Virus record (IMG/VR): IMGVR_UViG_3300045988_110030
Location: 90,200 to 154,199 of that record
DNA: 64,000 nucleotides
Reading direction: 5' to 3' (one strand)
Origin: a virus
Shown here: positions 9,388 through 20,014 of the stretch, in pieces
How the letters are laid out: the number at the start of each line of letters is the position of its first letter
Position numbering within the stretch: position 1 is the first letter of the stretch
The notes under the pieces: generated by a model
Databases searched by the model: none
What the model saw: only the letters and a program-made list of their open reading frames with translations
Told to the model about the DNA's origin: nothing
Translations under genes and position numbers: made by a program

Positions 9388-12300
9388 TAATGTAAATAGA
9401 TATAATCCTGCTGCTAAAACCACTTACGAAGATGTGGCAAGGCAAAGGAAATTAGCCGAAGAAGAAAATTACACTCCGGCTACATTACCAGAGACGACAA
9501 CGCCTCTGGTTCCTAATTATATGCCGGGAGAGGGCGTGTATGCCCAACCTAAATTTCCAGATTATGCATCAAGGATAGCTGCTGCCCAGTATGAAGAACC
9601 GTATATAGCCAAGGAGATAAGCAACAGCTACTCAGAGGCACTGGCCCGCAACAGCTACAGGGGGGCTACACCCGCCCCGCCGCCTCTTAATCCCTATGGA
9701 CCAAAGGTAAGTATCCGTGAAAGTCATCAGATGGGTAATGATGGGGTATGGCGCACAAAATATCCCAATTATATCCCAGGTATAAATAATGAGGATTATT
9801 ATGCCAGAAGGCAAAGTGGTTGGAGTAAGTTTTGGAATGGTGTAGGTAAATTTGCCTTAAAGTCTGCATTGTATGGGGCCCAGGGAACTATATCATTACC
9901 CGACAAGCTTATTAATATGGCATCTGAGGGAAGTTATAAGGCAGCTTTGAATACGAACATGGATAAGTTTGTTGGTGATCTTGATCAGCGAATAGACATG
10001 CTTCTTCCACATTATTACAAGAAAGAAGTAGAAGATTACAATTTTGGTCAGAAGCTTTTTAAGGATACTGGTAATTTTTTATGGAATGACGTCCTTGGCA
10101 ACGGAATGTCTTTTACCGTAGGAGCCATGATATCAGCATACATGACCGGAGGACTGGGAGTTGGTTCATTAGGTAACATAGGCGCAAAATTAGGTGGAAG
10201 AGTCGGAGCTAAGCTGGCAGCAAGACAAGCTGCCAATAGAGGTATAGGAAGTCTCAAAAGTGTGTTTAACGACTATGTAAGGAAAGGAGTTGCTACCGGG
10301 AGGAATGTAGGAGAGGCTGCTAAGACCATGACGTTGTTGGCTACCAGTGCCGGCTTTGAGTCATCGGTTGAAGCAAATTCTTTTATGAAACAATCCGAAT
10401 CCGACTTCAAGGATTATTATCGTAAAATTTATGGTCGTGATCCTAATGCTGAGGAAATGGCTGTTTTTCGTAATTCTAATGCTGATGTAGGTAGTGCGAT
10501 ATTTGCAGCTAATATGGGTATAGTAGGATTGTCCAACTGGCTCTTGTTTGGTAAATACATAGGATTAGGAGGAAAGGCTATACCAGGACTGGAAAAGAAA
10601 CTTAATAAGCATCTATTTGGATTAGGGACGGAAGTTACAAAGCCAGGAGAGATGGCTATTAAGATAACCAACCCTAACATAGGGCAGAAGATAGCTGGTA
10701 ATGTTTTCAATATCATGAAAAGACCAGTGTCCGAAGGTTTATGGGAAGAAGGGTCTCAAGGTGCTGTCCAGAACACGGCTGAAGAATATGTTAAGTCAAG
10801 ATATGACAATGTGGCTATGAATGGAGCCGTCGATGTTCTTGATGCTATTTCTGACGGATTTAAAAAACAATATACGTCTAAAGAAGGATGGACTGAAATA
10901 GGAATAGGTGCTATTATCGGTTCTTTGTTCGGCATGAGAGAAGGCTTCTTTGGGGTAAAAGAGTATAGTAATAGTCAGATATTACTAGAGAGGCAGGTGG
11001 ATGAATACAACAAAGCATCTTCTAATCTTAATACGGCGGCTTTGAATACGTTGAAGAAGTCAATGAGTTTAGGTCCGCAAGTTCGTTCCGATGCTCAGTC
11101 TATGACCGGCAAGGAGCTTGATGATGCTATGTTTGAAAAGATGTCTATTGACAACCAAATGGGAACCTTAGAGGATTCGGCTGAGAATTTCAGGCAGATG
11201 GTTGATATGATGCCTATTTCAGAAATAGCTGAAGCTAATGGGATGTCTTTAGAAGAGGCAAAGAAATACAAGGACTCTATTATTGATAATTATAATAATC
11301 GTCTTTCTGATTTCAGATCTGCTCAGAGTTTTGCTGAAGATCTTATAGGTGATGACTCTAAGATTGAATTTAGGAAATACGTGGCTCGTAATGCCTTCCT
11401 TGGTCTTCAATCAGAATCAAGGATGAAAGACATAGCTTCTGTCATAGAAACGCTTTCAGGACAGCCTCGCGTGGCAGATGCGCTAAGTACGTTCTCCCGG
11501 CTGTCGGACAGAGCGAGGGAGCGGGCGATGGCTATCCGTGGCATACGATCAAGAATAGAAGAACTTGAATCCGAAATAGAAGATCTTGCCACCCGTCCTC
11601 GTAACGTAGATGGAAAAGACCCACAAGCTGAATCTATACAACGAAAAACCAAAGAATTGGAAGATCTTAGAACCAATTACAATAATTCGTTGTCTGAGTT
11701 ATCAACGTTAATAGGAAAAGAGTTTTCGATAGAAGAGTTGGTAAGTAAAACCGAATCTGTTTTATCATCACCTCTTTCTCCCATAAGTTCACAAGATGTA
11801 ATAGAAGCCTATGATGCTCTTGTGGCTTTTGATGATTATTTTAATGTAAAATCAAGACAGGAAAAGAAGTTTACGGCCAAAGACAAAGCCATGAGATCCT
11901 TGGTAAATGAATACCGTAGGAGTTTGATGGACTATAGGAATATGAATAATTTCTTGTCTAAGATGCTTGATAAAAGATTCTTAGATGAGGAAAACAGGGG
12001 ATTTTCAAAAGCGCTGTCTTCTCTATGGTCTACTCCTTATAAGGAGGATGACAAGGTTCCTGATTTTGCAGAGCCTAATAAAGTCGGTGAATATGATACT
12101 GATGAGGTAGTAGATCAAGCTGTGTCAGAAGGTAAGATTTCGGAAGACGAAGCTTGGACTATCAAAGCATTTATGCATGCTCTTGATAAAGTAAGAGAAG
12201 ATAGGATGAAGGAAGCGGAAGATAATATAAAAGAGTCATCGCTTACGGAGTCTGTATCAGATGAAGATTATGAGGCTGCTATGGATAATCCTATTATGGT

Positions 12301-15300
12301 TCCGGTAGTAAGGCAGTCTATAATTGATAAATTATATACAGGGAATGCTGATCTTCTTACTGCGAGAGAAAAAGATGTGTATGATAAATACAAACAAGAT
12401 TTTGATGATCATGTGTCGTCTTTAGGTGACAGTCCTATTAATCTCATAAAATCATTATCTGAAAAGGCTGACAGACTTACAAGTCCGAGATCAGTATATG
12501 AGGAAAATAAAGCTATTATTGACATGGCTAAATCCAATTTAGAACCAGATCAAAGGCAGGAGCTTGATGATGCTATTTCTTCGTATGTGGATATAATGAA
12601 CAGACGGGACAAAGGGGAGAAAGTTGACGAAGATAAGCTTGCCGATTCGGTATTTACCATAGAAGATCTTGGCCAGGTTGGAAACATCACGGATCTCCTT
12701 CCTTATATCGAACAAAACAGGATTATTGACAAAGGTCGTATCTCTGAATCTACGTTGAGTAATTTTGGGGAAGATGATGTTAATATAGATTCTCTTGTAA
12801 ATGAATTAGACGAATCCGATAATACGCCGGGGGTCAACATAGATAGTGCTCAGAATCCAGAGACGTTGATGGTAAGAAAAATATCCAACGATGGCAATGA
12901 AAGGTATGAAATTGCGGGTCTTAGAGCCGATAAATTTATATCTTCAATAAAATCATTGGTTCCTATTCAAATAAGTTCTGAAACGAACGCTAATGGCACT
13001 AAAAGGTATTCCCTTAACATAGGTGGAGAAACAGCTACTATAATGGAACTGCCTTATCATGCAAGATGGTCTATAGACAAAGAATCGGCTCGTGTTCTTA
13101 ACCGTTACACAGATGTGTCTATCCAGGACGTGGGTAATTCATATTCTTTGGTTTATAAGCGTCTTGATTCAGATGAGTTGGTTCCGTACAGAACAGGTGT
13201 TGGATTCGGGGAGAATGAAGTAGATAAAATAGACCAAGAAGCATTATCTTCTTTGAAAAAAGGAGATAAGGTTAATCTTGAGATAGATGTCAATGATACT
13301 TATAATCAGTCTCTTTTTACTGAATATGATAATGCTGTTCAATCCGGCGATAGAAATAAAATAGAATCTGCCGAGAATAAGTTGGTATCCAATATGGTTA
13401 TCAAGGTCATGAGTGGAAACAGATTCGTTTCTGTTGTAAAAGCTGACACAGGAGGCATAGATGGTATAAGTAAAATAAGAAGAACGGCTTTCAACAAGTG
13501 GAAGAAGGATGCCGGCCGGTCGGCTACCATCGGCGTCGGCACGCATGTTGTTGCCCAGACCCTTCCCGGAAGACCGGTGTTTAACATGAAGGTGAACGGT
13601 CAAGGATATGGCCAGGTAGAAAATCTCCCCATTACCGAAAAAGGTGCTGAAAAAGTATCTGATGTCGGATATGTATTAAATGGCAAAGTCGTGCTTAAGA
13701 ACGGATCTAAATACACAGGCTTCCCATTTGCTTATTCTATATTAAATGACAAGGGGAATAATTACAAAAATGTAAGAGTTCCGATAGTTGTCATCAAAGG
13801 TAAAAACGGTCTTAATTATCTTTTCCCAGTTAGCCTGCGTTCTGTAGAATCAGAGGAAGGGCAGAAATGGATGTCTTTTATAGATATGCTGCTTGAATCC
13901 GGTGATTCTGAATTGCTACAGATGGGTCAAGATGATATACAAGATCTTAATGCGTATCTAACCAAGTTAGGTCTTGATCCAGCTTCGTATCAAGTATCGT
14001 ATTTGAATCCTATTTCAGGGCTTAGAAAAGCTCGTGAGGCTATAGAAAAATTATCTACGGTTCCTGATGTTGTTAAGTGGGTAGAAGATGAGAATAGGAG
14101 TGTGAAAGACATTGTGACGTCTGAAGTAGAATCTGGAATAGATTTCGAAGGTGAGATGTTTGTTGCTCCTAAGATCAGGATCCAGTTTGGTAAATCATCT
14201 TCCAGCCCTAAATCGCTTATAGAGGATGATCTTCCTTTCTCTGATGAGGGTAAGACCGTTACTTCTAAAGAAGATGTGGATGTTTATGAAGAGGAAATGC
14301 CAGAGGAAGGAGCTGTCCGGGGGACTCAGACGGCGCCATTGGCTCAGCCGGCTCCTGCGGCACAAGATGCGCAGTCTTTACCTGGCAAGAAGCGTACCTC
14401 CAGGAAAAACTTCTCTCTTATGTTAAACGAAATAGAATCTCATATAGAAAAAGAGGGATTGCCGCCTTATGCTAATATTTTTGATTTTATAGCAAGGAAG
14501 ATTGTAGGAGGCGACTTAAGGTTTCTTCGTGAGAGAGGTAATCCTAAAAGTCTTAAGGAGGAAATGGGATTAGAACCTAAAGGAACAGTAGGTGATAAGA
14601 TATCCACTCCTTCCAAGAAAGGTGGTAAGACCTTAGATGAATATGTTTCTTGGCTTCGTTCTCAAACAGATCAGGTGGTGGTTGATTATGTTGGGCCAAG
14701 ATCTGACGAACAAATTATATCAGAGTTGAAAAACTTTTTGAAATATATTAATTTTGTTCCAAGCAAGGCTTTGAATTATTCTCTTAGAGTCAATGGCATG
14801 GATACCCTAAAAGAATATGGCACGAAAGAGGAGGTAGAAAAAATGGAATCTGACGTCAATAGTTTGGTTTCTAAAGTTTTACCTACGGTGGATAATCAAA
14901 CTGTAGAAGATGTTTCTACTGCAATAAAATCAAACAACTTGCCCGCCATATGGGGGCCCGTGGAAAGCCTTGATATGACAAACGAGGAAAAAATAGAGTT
15001 TTTGAATAACGTAGCAGATTTCCTTAGCGGCATTCCAGAGTATGATGCTGTTGTGGAGTCTATAGAGTCAGAATCAGATAATATTTTAAATAATGGAAAA
15101 GAAGGAAGTGCAGAAGGCGGTGCAGTACGCACTGAGGAAGATGGCGATAAAAAGGGAGATGGAGAAGGCAAAGGACAATCCAGAACAAATGTCGAAGTTA
15201 AAGGAAATGTCGAATTACCTGGATCTCAAGAAGGAAGAGTAGATAACTATAGGAAGAACGGAGATAAGTTTTCTGACATTTCTGAAGTTACCTTATGGTT

Positions 15301-16018
15301 ACTTAGAAGGGCTGCCGGCATAACCTCTATCTCGGAAGGAGAAGAGGTTTATGTAGAGGGAGATGAGGTTAATAGCATTATGACCGATATGGAATCAAGG
15401 TACGGGATAGACACCATCAACCACTCGCATACGACTAAGGCTATAAGGGATCTTAACGGCGTATCAGGTTATAAAGTAGAATACGGCTTAACCTTTTTAA
15501 CATACGATCCTTTTATTAGGATATCCAATCCAAGGAAAGAATCTAAGACTGCAAAAGATGAACCTCGTATATCCGAAGAGCCGCTTGCTCACATATCAAG
15601 GGTGACAACCCCTTATTTCCTGTACGGCGGTGATGAAGCATATACATCTGTTCCGGCTAAGGTAGAACCTATACCAGAGAAGATAATGGGTCGTAATGGC
15701 ATTAAATTTGGTATGAGCGTAGTCGAGCTGACCAAATTAGGGTACAAAAAAGCCGGTGGAAACTGGATATACAAATTCTACATGAACTCAGGTGTTTATG
15801 ATTTGTATAATATCGGTACCGGCGAAGCGTTTAGAGCAAAACCGGATCTTGGAGTTAAGATAAGTTCCAGTGCATTCATCCGTTCTTTATCTCAATCTGG
15901 TAGAAAAATACAAAATATGATGAGTAACATGAGCCAGGAAGAGATAGATAGGAATAAGAATCTTGTAGAAGGTTCTGATAATTCGGATTCAAATAGCGAG
16001 CTGAATAAAGATTGTTGA
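9374..16018 (+). CDS. Giant virion internal/ejection protein (2214 aa).
   Basis: A 6.6-kb uninterrupted ORF. The N-terminal region has glycine-zipper-like hydrophobic segments (…GGLGVGSLGNIGAKLGGRVGAKLAARQAANRGIG…), which are typical of phage ejection and tape-measure-like proteins. Coiled coils and an acidic, low-complexity C-terminus are also present. This size class is characteristic of podovirus cargo/ejection proteins such as N4 and crAss-like phages. Confidence 0.7.
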   Translation: MATDSNVNRYNPAAKTTYEDVARQRKLAEEENYTPATLPETTTPLVPNYMPGEGVYAQPKFPDYASRIAAAQYEEPYIAKEISNSYSEALARNSYRGATPAPPPLNPYGPKVSIRESHQMGNDGVWRTKYPNYIPGINNEDYYARRQSGWSKFWNGVGKFALKSALYGAQGTISLPDKLINMASEGSYKAALNTNMDKFVGDLDQRIDMLLPHYYKKEVEDYNFGQKLFKDTGNFLWNDVLGNGMSFTVGAMISAYMTGGLGVGSLGNIGAKLGGRVGAKLAARQAANRGIGSLKSVFNDYVRKGVATGRNVGEAAKTMTLLATSAGFESSVEANSFMKQSESDFKDYYRKIYGRDPNAEEMAVFRNSNADVGSAIFAANMGIVGLSNWLLFGKYIGLGGKAIPGLEKKLNKHLFGLGTEVTKPGEMAIKITNPNIGQKIAGNVFNIMKRPVSEGLWEEGSQGAVQNTAEEYVKSRYDNVAMNGAVDVLDAISDGFKKQYTSKEGWTEIGIGAIIGSLFGMREGFFGVKEYSNSQILLERQVDEYNKASSNLNTAALNTLKKSMSLGPQVRSDAQSMTGKELDDAMFEKMSIDNQMGTLEDSAENFRQMVDMMPISEIAEANGMSLEEAKKYKDSIIDNYNNRLSDFRSAQSFAEDLIGDDSKIEFRKYVARNAFLGLQSESRMKDIASVIETLSGQPRVADALSTFSRLSDRARERAMAIRGIRSRIEELESEIEDLATRPRNVDGKDPQAESIQRKTKELEDLRTNYNNSLSELSTLIGKEFSIEELVSKTESVLSSPLSPISSQDVIEAYDALVAFDDYFNVKSRQEKKFTAKDKAMRSLVNEYRRSLMDYRNMNNFLSKMLDKRFLDEENRGFSKALSSLWSTPYKEDDKVPDFAEPNKVGEYDTDEVVDQAVSEGKISEDEAWTIKAFMHALDKVREDRMKEAEDNIKESSLTESVSDEDYEAAMDNPIMVPVVRQSIIDKLYTGNADLLTAREKDVYDKYKQDFDDHVSSLGDSPINLIKSLSEKADRLTSPRSVYEENKAIIDMAKSNLEPDQRQELDDAISSYVDIMNRRDKGEKVDEDKLADSVFTIEDLGQVGNITDLLPYIEQNRIIDKGRISESTLSNFGEDDVNIDSLVNELDESDNTPGVNIDSAQNPETLMVRKISNDGNERYEIAGLRADKFISSIKSLVPIQISSETNANGTKRYSLNIGGETATIMELPYHARWSIDKESARVLNRYTDVSIQDVGNSYSLVYKRLDSDELVPYRTGVGFGENEVDKIDQEALSSLKKGDKVNLEIDVNDTYNQSLFTEYDNAVQSGDRNKIESAENKLVSNMVIKVMSGNRFVSVVKADTGGIDGISKIRRTAFNKWKKDAGRSATIGVGTHVVAQTLPGRPVFNMKVNGQGYGQVENLPITEKGAEKVSDVGYVLNGKVVLKNGSKYTGFPFAYSILNDKGNNYKNVRVPIVVIKGKNGLNYLFPVSLRSVESEEGQKWMSFIDMLLESGDSELLQMGQDDIQDLNAYLTKLGLDPASYQVSYLNPISGLRKAREAIEKLSTVPDVVKWVEDENRSVKDIVTSEVESGIDFEGEMFVAPKIRIQFGKSSSSPKSLIEDDLPFSDEGKTVTSKEDVDVYEEEMPEEGAVRGTQTAPLAQPAPAAQDAQSLPGKKRTSRKNFSLMLNEIESHIEKEGLPPYANIFDFIARKIVGGDLRFLRERGNPKSLKEEMGLEPKGTVGDKISTPSKKGGKTLDEYVSWLRSQTDQVVVDYVGPRSDEQIISELKNFLKYINFVPSKALNYSLRVNGMDTLKEYGTKEEVEKMESDVNSLVSKVLPTVDNQTVEDVSTAIKSNNLPAIWGPVESLDMTNEEKIEFLNNVADFLSGIPEYDAVVESIESESDNILNNGKEGSAEGGAVRTEEDGDKKGDGEGKGQSRTNVEVKGNVELPGSQEGRVDNYRKNGDKFSDISEVTLWLLRRAAGITSISEGEEVYVEGDEVNSIMTDMESRYGIDTINHSHTTKAIRDLNGVSGYKVEYGLTFLTYDPFIRISNPRKESKTAKDEPRISEEPLAHISRVTTPYFLYGGDEAYTSVPAKVEPIPEKIMGRNGIKFGMSVVELTKLGYKKAGGNWIYKFYMNSGVYDLYNIGTGEAFRAKPDLGVKISSSAFIRSLSQSGRKIQNMMSNMSQEEIDRNKNLVEGSDNSDSNSELNKDC

Positions 16019-16019
16019 T

Positions 16020-16027
16020 TATATTTG
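16020..16027 (+). promoter_or_regulatory. TATATTTG (TAnnTTTG -7-like motif) 16 nt upstream of the ATG at 16043.
   Basis: Directly read. Confidence 0.35.
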
Positions 16028-16042
16028 TAGAAAAAAAAAGAA

Positions 16043-18301
16043 ATGGGATTAAAATGTCAGATAGAAAAAAGGAATAATATTGTAGAACGGGTTGAGGCTC
16101 CTAACGGGGAGCCTTCCGTTCTTTACGAAAGTGCCTTAAAATTATTGGGAAATAGCGAGCGGGCTCTTCAGGTATGGGCGAAGGCTTACACTCCTGATTT
16201 TTTATCGTATTACGGTCATTGGAATAACCCTGCCCCTGGGGAGATGTTTAATACAGACTCCAATGGCGAACCTCTTTTGGATGACGTACTGTCGTATATG
16301 AAGCGTCAGACTTATTTTGCTGATCCTTTAACTGCTCAGGATGTTAAGGATGTAAGAGATTTTCTTTTATCTACCGATGGTGTTTATACGGCACCATCAT
16401 TATCCAACATCATTCTTCATTATTTTTATGTAGATGGTAGTTTGATACTGAACGAGCAGAATTTAAGAAGATCAGGCTTGTATAATGAAACAGAGATAAG
16501 TAGAATCTTATCTGATCCTTCTGTTCTTAATGAAGTTTCGACATCCATGAGGAAGCTATTGGATTATTCCAATAACGAACATGATAGGGAAAAAGATAAT
16601 TATTTTATGTCTATTGACTATCAGTATGATCCTATTGTTTACAAGGAGGGAGTGTTTAACCAATTTGGTAAAAAAGTACCATATAATCCTTCTGAGCTTT
16701 ATTGGGCCATGGGCAAAACAGTAGCCGGCATAAAAAACTTTTCTGAATTTTCATCTGCTTTTGAATCGTTGAGAAACTCATACCCTGAACTGGTTGAGAA
16801 ATTCGTTTCTGATAAAGAATTTGCCGAATCTATGTTTGATGAGTTCTCATCTACGAATAAGATTCCGGTAATAAACATAGAAGGGGATGATGTGGTAGAA
16901 GGCAAGAGAAGATCCTTGTCTAAGCTACAAGATCTGTCTTATTACAATCCTGGCAAAATAGAGTTCCTAAGAGCTCGTATATCGGCTTATTTACATAGGG
17001 CTAATGCCGACACCGAATCCGATTTAAGAAGCATGATATGGGATATAGAAGAGGCTTGTACGTGGTTTGGCATAGATATAATAGGGACATCGGAAACTTA
17101 TGATGGCACAGAAGAATCTTTGAATAAGATAGATAATTTGATGCTGGATCTTGATATTTATGTGGCCAGGCATAATGATGTAAATTATGCTCCAACGCTG
17201 GCATCTTCTATAGATGATGTTCTTGGTGATAGCACAGATTATTATTCTGAATTATTGCCGGAGTATATGGATAATTTGAATATCGTTTATTCTGAATCCG
17301 ATATAGACCCAGTAGAGGCATTTGAGAAACATTCATTGCTTAAGGTAGGAGATAATCTATATCAAAGGATCAGCAAAGATGATATTAACGAGATGTATCA
17401 AATATCAACAGTGTTAGCCAAGCACAACCTAACTCATTTTTCTACTAAAATATATCCTGAATCTTGTTTTAAGAACGGCGTTTTGGATAAAGAGAAAGTA
17501 CGGAACGTAGATAATAATACGCTCATGGATTCCATTAAAAAATACGTCAGATCGTTCATGGATTCTCAGAACACGGAGGACATGATAATGACCAGGATGG
17601 CGTTTGGTCACCCGGCGGTACTTGACGTTCCTTACGTGGATGTGGATCGGGAGTATAGTCGATACATGAACAAAAAACAAGATAGCGAAAACCCATTATC
17701 CTTATTCGATTTATACCAATCTTACCTTGACAACAAACTCCATAAAACAAAATTATATGATAATGCCTATAAGTATCTTGACTTCAAACCTGGTCCATCT
17801 TTGGGCCTTATTTCTGATGATCCTGATATTTTGAAATCAATAGAATTATCTTTATCTGGAAAAGACAGGTTGATGTTGTTTGATTATAGCATGACCAGTA
17901 CCGACCCTTCTTTATCAGAATTGTTTTATTTGGAGAAGTATGACCCTTCGTATGCCGGGAATGATTTTGAACACTATTTTTACACCAGGCACCCGTATTT
18001 GTTAAAAGAAAAATCGGGCCCTAATATCGTAGAGCAAGATGGTGTTATAACAGCCGAAGGTATTTATGATAATTTTATAAGAGTAGGTAATAAGATATGG
18101 TCTAAAGTAAGCGAGAGTAGTTCCGGCTCTATCTACCAAAATCTGACAGGAACCGAATCAGAGGTGAAATACGATTCTACTCAGAAGGCTAAGACGGTAG
18201 AAACCGATTACGCTCCATACCAAAACAGATCTGGCTTGACGCAAGACATGACCGTAAGCAAGCCTGAATTGGATGATCTTAATAAATTGGAATGTAGGTA
18301 A
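16043..18301 (+). CDS. Large virion protein (752 aa), the last gene of the giant-protein operon.
   Basis: A long ORF followed by an intrinsic terminator. No recognisable catalytic motif. Confidence 0.65.
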   Translation: MGLKCQIEKRNNIVERVEAPNGEPSVLYESALKLLGNSERALQVWAKAYTPDFLSYYGHWNNPAPGEMFNTDSNGEPLLDDVLSYMKRQTYFADPLTAQDVKDVRDFLLSTDGVYTAPSLSNIILHYFYVDGSLILNEQNLRRSGLYNETEISRILSDPSVLNEVSTSMRKLLDYSNNEHDREKDNYFMSIDYQYDPIVYKEGVFNQFGKKVPYNPSELYWAMGKTVAGIKNFSEFSSAFESLRNSYPELVEKFVSDKEFAESMFDEFSSTNKIPVINIEGDDVVEGKRRSLSKLQDLSYYNPGKIEFLRARISAYLHRANADTESDLRSMIWDIEEACTWFGIDIIGTSETYDGTEESLNKIDNLMLDLDIYVARHNDVNYAPTLASSIDDVLGDSTDYYSELLPEYMDNLNIVYSESDIDPVEAFEKHSLLKVGDNLYQRISKDDINEMYQISTVLAKHNLTHFSTKIYPESCFKNGVLDKEKVRNVDNNTLMDSIKKYVRSFMDSQNTEDMIMTRMAFGHPAVLDVPYVDVDREYSRYMNKKQDSENPLSLFDLYQSYLDNKLHKTKLYDNAYKYLDFKPGPSLGLISDDPDILKSIELSLSGKDRLMLFDYSMTSTDPSLSELFYLEKYDPSYAGNDFEHYFYTRHPYLLKEKSGPNIVEQDGVITAEGIYDNFIRVGNKIWSKVSESSSGSIYQNLTGTESEVKYDSTQKAKTVETDYAPYQNRSGLTQDMTVSKPELDDLNKLECR

Positions 18302-18347
18302 TTTTTGTGTACATATATATAGTTTTTTCATAGTTATAATTTGGGAA

Positions 18348-18376
18348 GTGAGGCTTGTGAAAGTCTCACTTTTCTC
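18348..18376 (+). terminator. Intrinsic terminator. The stem gtgaggc/gtctcac has a ttgtgaaa loop and is followed by TTTTCTC.
   Basis: Directly read. Lies 47 nt after the stop at 18301. Confidence 0.6.
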
Positions 18377-18805
18377 ATATATGCACGTATATCAATAACA
18401 TACAAGAAAAGTTAGATTTTCATTGTTTATGAATTATTTTTATTAAGTTTGCAATATTAGTTTCAGGAAGGGATTATAGAAATAGGAAAAAGTAAGAACC
18501 GGACGTAACTAATAACAGTAGGAAATGAGAATCAGTACCATCAAACGTAATAACAGCATTCATCTTATGTATAAAAACATTATGAATGATTTAGGTCAAT
18601 TAAGAACTGTAGTTTCAAAATCCTATATTTATAATCTGATACAAAATCAAACCGGATTAAGTATCAGAACTATATCCCATGTCTTGAATCATACAAAAGA
18701 ACAGGATACAGATTCTTTGTGAAAGGCATACATTTTCATATATTTGTGTGTTCTTTAGTTTTTAGATTTAAGTTTTTCATGGTATTAGTTTAGATTAGTG
18801 TAGAT

Positions 18806-18831
18806 CAGGGTTCGCAGTGATGCGGGCCCTG
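18806..18831 (+). other. An 11-bp GC-rich hairpin with a GUGA (GNRA) tetraloop (cagggttcgca-gtga-tgcgggccctg) in a 700-bp non-coding gap.
   Basis: Directly read. Followed by GGTTTGATTT, a weak U-tract. Confidence 0.4.
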
Positions 18832-19009
18832 GTTTGATTTAAAAAGTATTAAAATATTTGCTATTTAAAATCCTGTTCCTATCTTTGCTCCAGAAACAAT
18901 GAACAACGAGATCCCACCTCTGGTTGTTTGATGTTGAAAGATATTTTTGGCTCATTAGGGTTTGTCATAGTGGGATCTGACATTCTCTTTTGGGCCTATT
19001 TTTTTTATC

Positions 19010-19894
19010 ATGGATAAAGTTTCTGTTTTTGAAAGTTCGGATTTTGGAGAGCTTAGAATTATTGTAGATCCAAAAGGAGATGTTTGGTTTGTGGCGTCAG
19101 ATGTGGCTAAATCTCTTGGATATATAAATGCTAAAGATGCGGTAAAAAGACATGTAGATGATGATGATTCTATGCTTTTGCAAGTATCTGATAATCAATG
19201 GGGCGTAAAACGATCTATATTGAAAACCAGATATATAGATAGTATAAGAATAATTAATGAATCTGGTTTATATTCTCTTATATTATCTTCAAAATTAGAG
19301 TCTGCTAAGAGATTTAAGAAATGGGTAACATCTGAGGTTCTTCCTTCTATTCGTAAAACAGGAGAATATAAAACAAGTTCCGGTGGAAAGGGAATTTTGG
19401 TCCCTGACTTTTCTAATCCGGCAGATGCAGCAAGAGCCTGGGCTGATCAGTATGAAGCTGCTCAGAGAGCTATAGCCGAAAAGTCGCAGGCAGAGGCAGA
19501 GAAGCAACAAGCTTTGAAAACAATAGAAGAACACAAGCCCGATGTAGAATTTGCCGAGTCTTTTAGGAAAGTAGACCATAACAATATGTGGCTGATTCGT
19601 GATATTGCAAAGAAGTTAGAGCAAAATGGTGTTATTATTGCTGAAAAGAATCTTCGCTCATTCCTTGAAGAAGCTAAATTCATGTTTAGGAACGGTCTTG
19701 GCAAATGGGAGCTATATAGTAATGTTGTAGTTAAAGGGTATGGAGTGTATAGGTCTTATTTCATAGACAAGTATTCTGGTGATAGAATCAATCAACAAAC
19801 CATATACATGACAGGCTCCGGATATGAAGTGACCTTAAATGGTATAAAAGGAAAACTCAAAAATGTGTTTCTAAAATATGGCAAGTTTGCTTAA
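19010..19894 (+). CDS. Bro-N domain / KilA-C-type phage antirepressor-like protein.
   Basis: The N-terminus has the Bro-N signature (…FGELRIIVDPKGDVWFVASDVAKSLGY…ESGLYSLILSSKLESAKRFKKWVTSEVLPSIRKTGEY…). An Ala/Gln/Glu-rich linker follows, then a C-terminal KilA-C-like region. Confidence 0.7.
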   Translation: MDKVSVFESSDFGELRIIVDPKGDVWFVASDVAKSLGYINAKDAVKRHVDDDDSMLLQVSDNQWGVKRSILKTRYIDSIRIINESGLYSLILSSKLESAKRFKKWVTSEVLPSIRKTGEYKTSSGGKGILVPDFSNPADAARAWADQYEAAQRAIAEKSQAEAEKQQALKTIEEHKPDVEFAESFRKVDHNNMWLIRDIAKKLEQNGVIIAEKNLRSFLEEAKFMFRNGLGKWELYSNVVVKGYGVYRSYFIDKYSGDRINQQTIYMTGSGYEVTLNGIKGKLKNVFLKYGKFA

Positions 19895-19905
19895 GTTTAT
19901 TTACA

Positions 19906-19945
19906 GGTGGTGTTTTGAAAGAATAAAAAACACTACCTTTTTTTT
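19906..19945 (+). terminator. Intrinsic terminator. An 11-bp stem (ggtggtgtttt / aaaacactacc) is followed by T8.
   Basis: Directly read. Lies 12 nt after the stop at 19894. Confidence 0.65.
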
Positions 19946-20014
19946 GTTTCTGTTTTTGCTGAAAATATTTCTCTTCTATAAGAAATAAACACACCTATAT
20001 TCCACCTTACAATC

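Noticed and set aside
4001-15171. Numerous 60-120-aa minus-strand ORFs inside the giant plus-strand genes (for example 4001-4324, 7950-8300, 10429-10716, 13244-13603, 14896-15171).
   Set aside because: They lie antisense to uninterrupted multi-kb ORFs and have no start-context or terminator support. They are most likely spurious.
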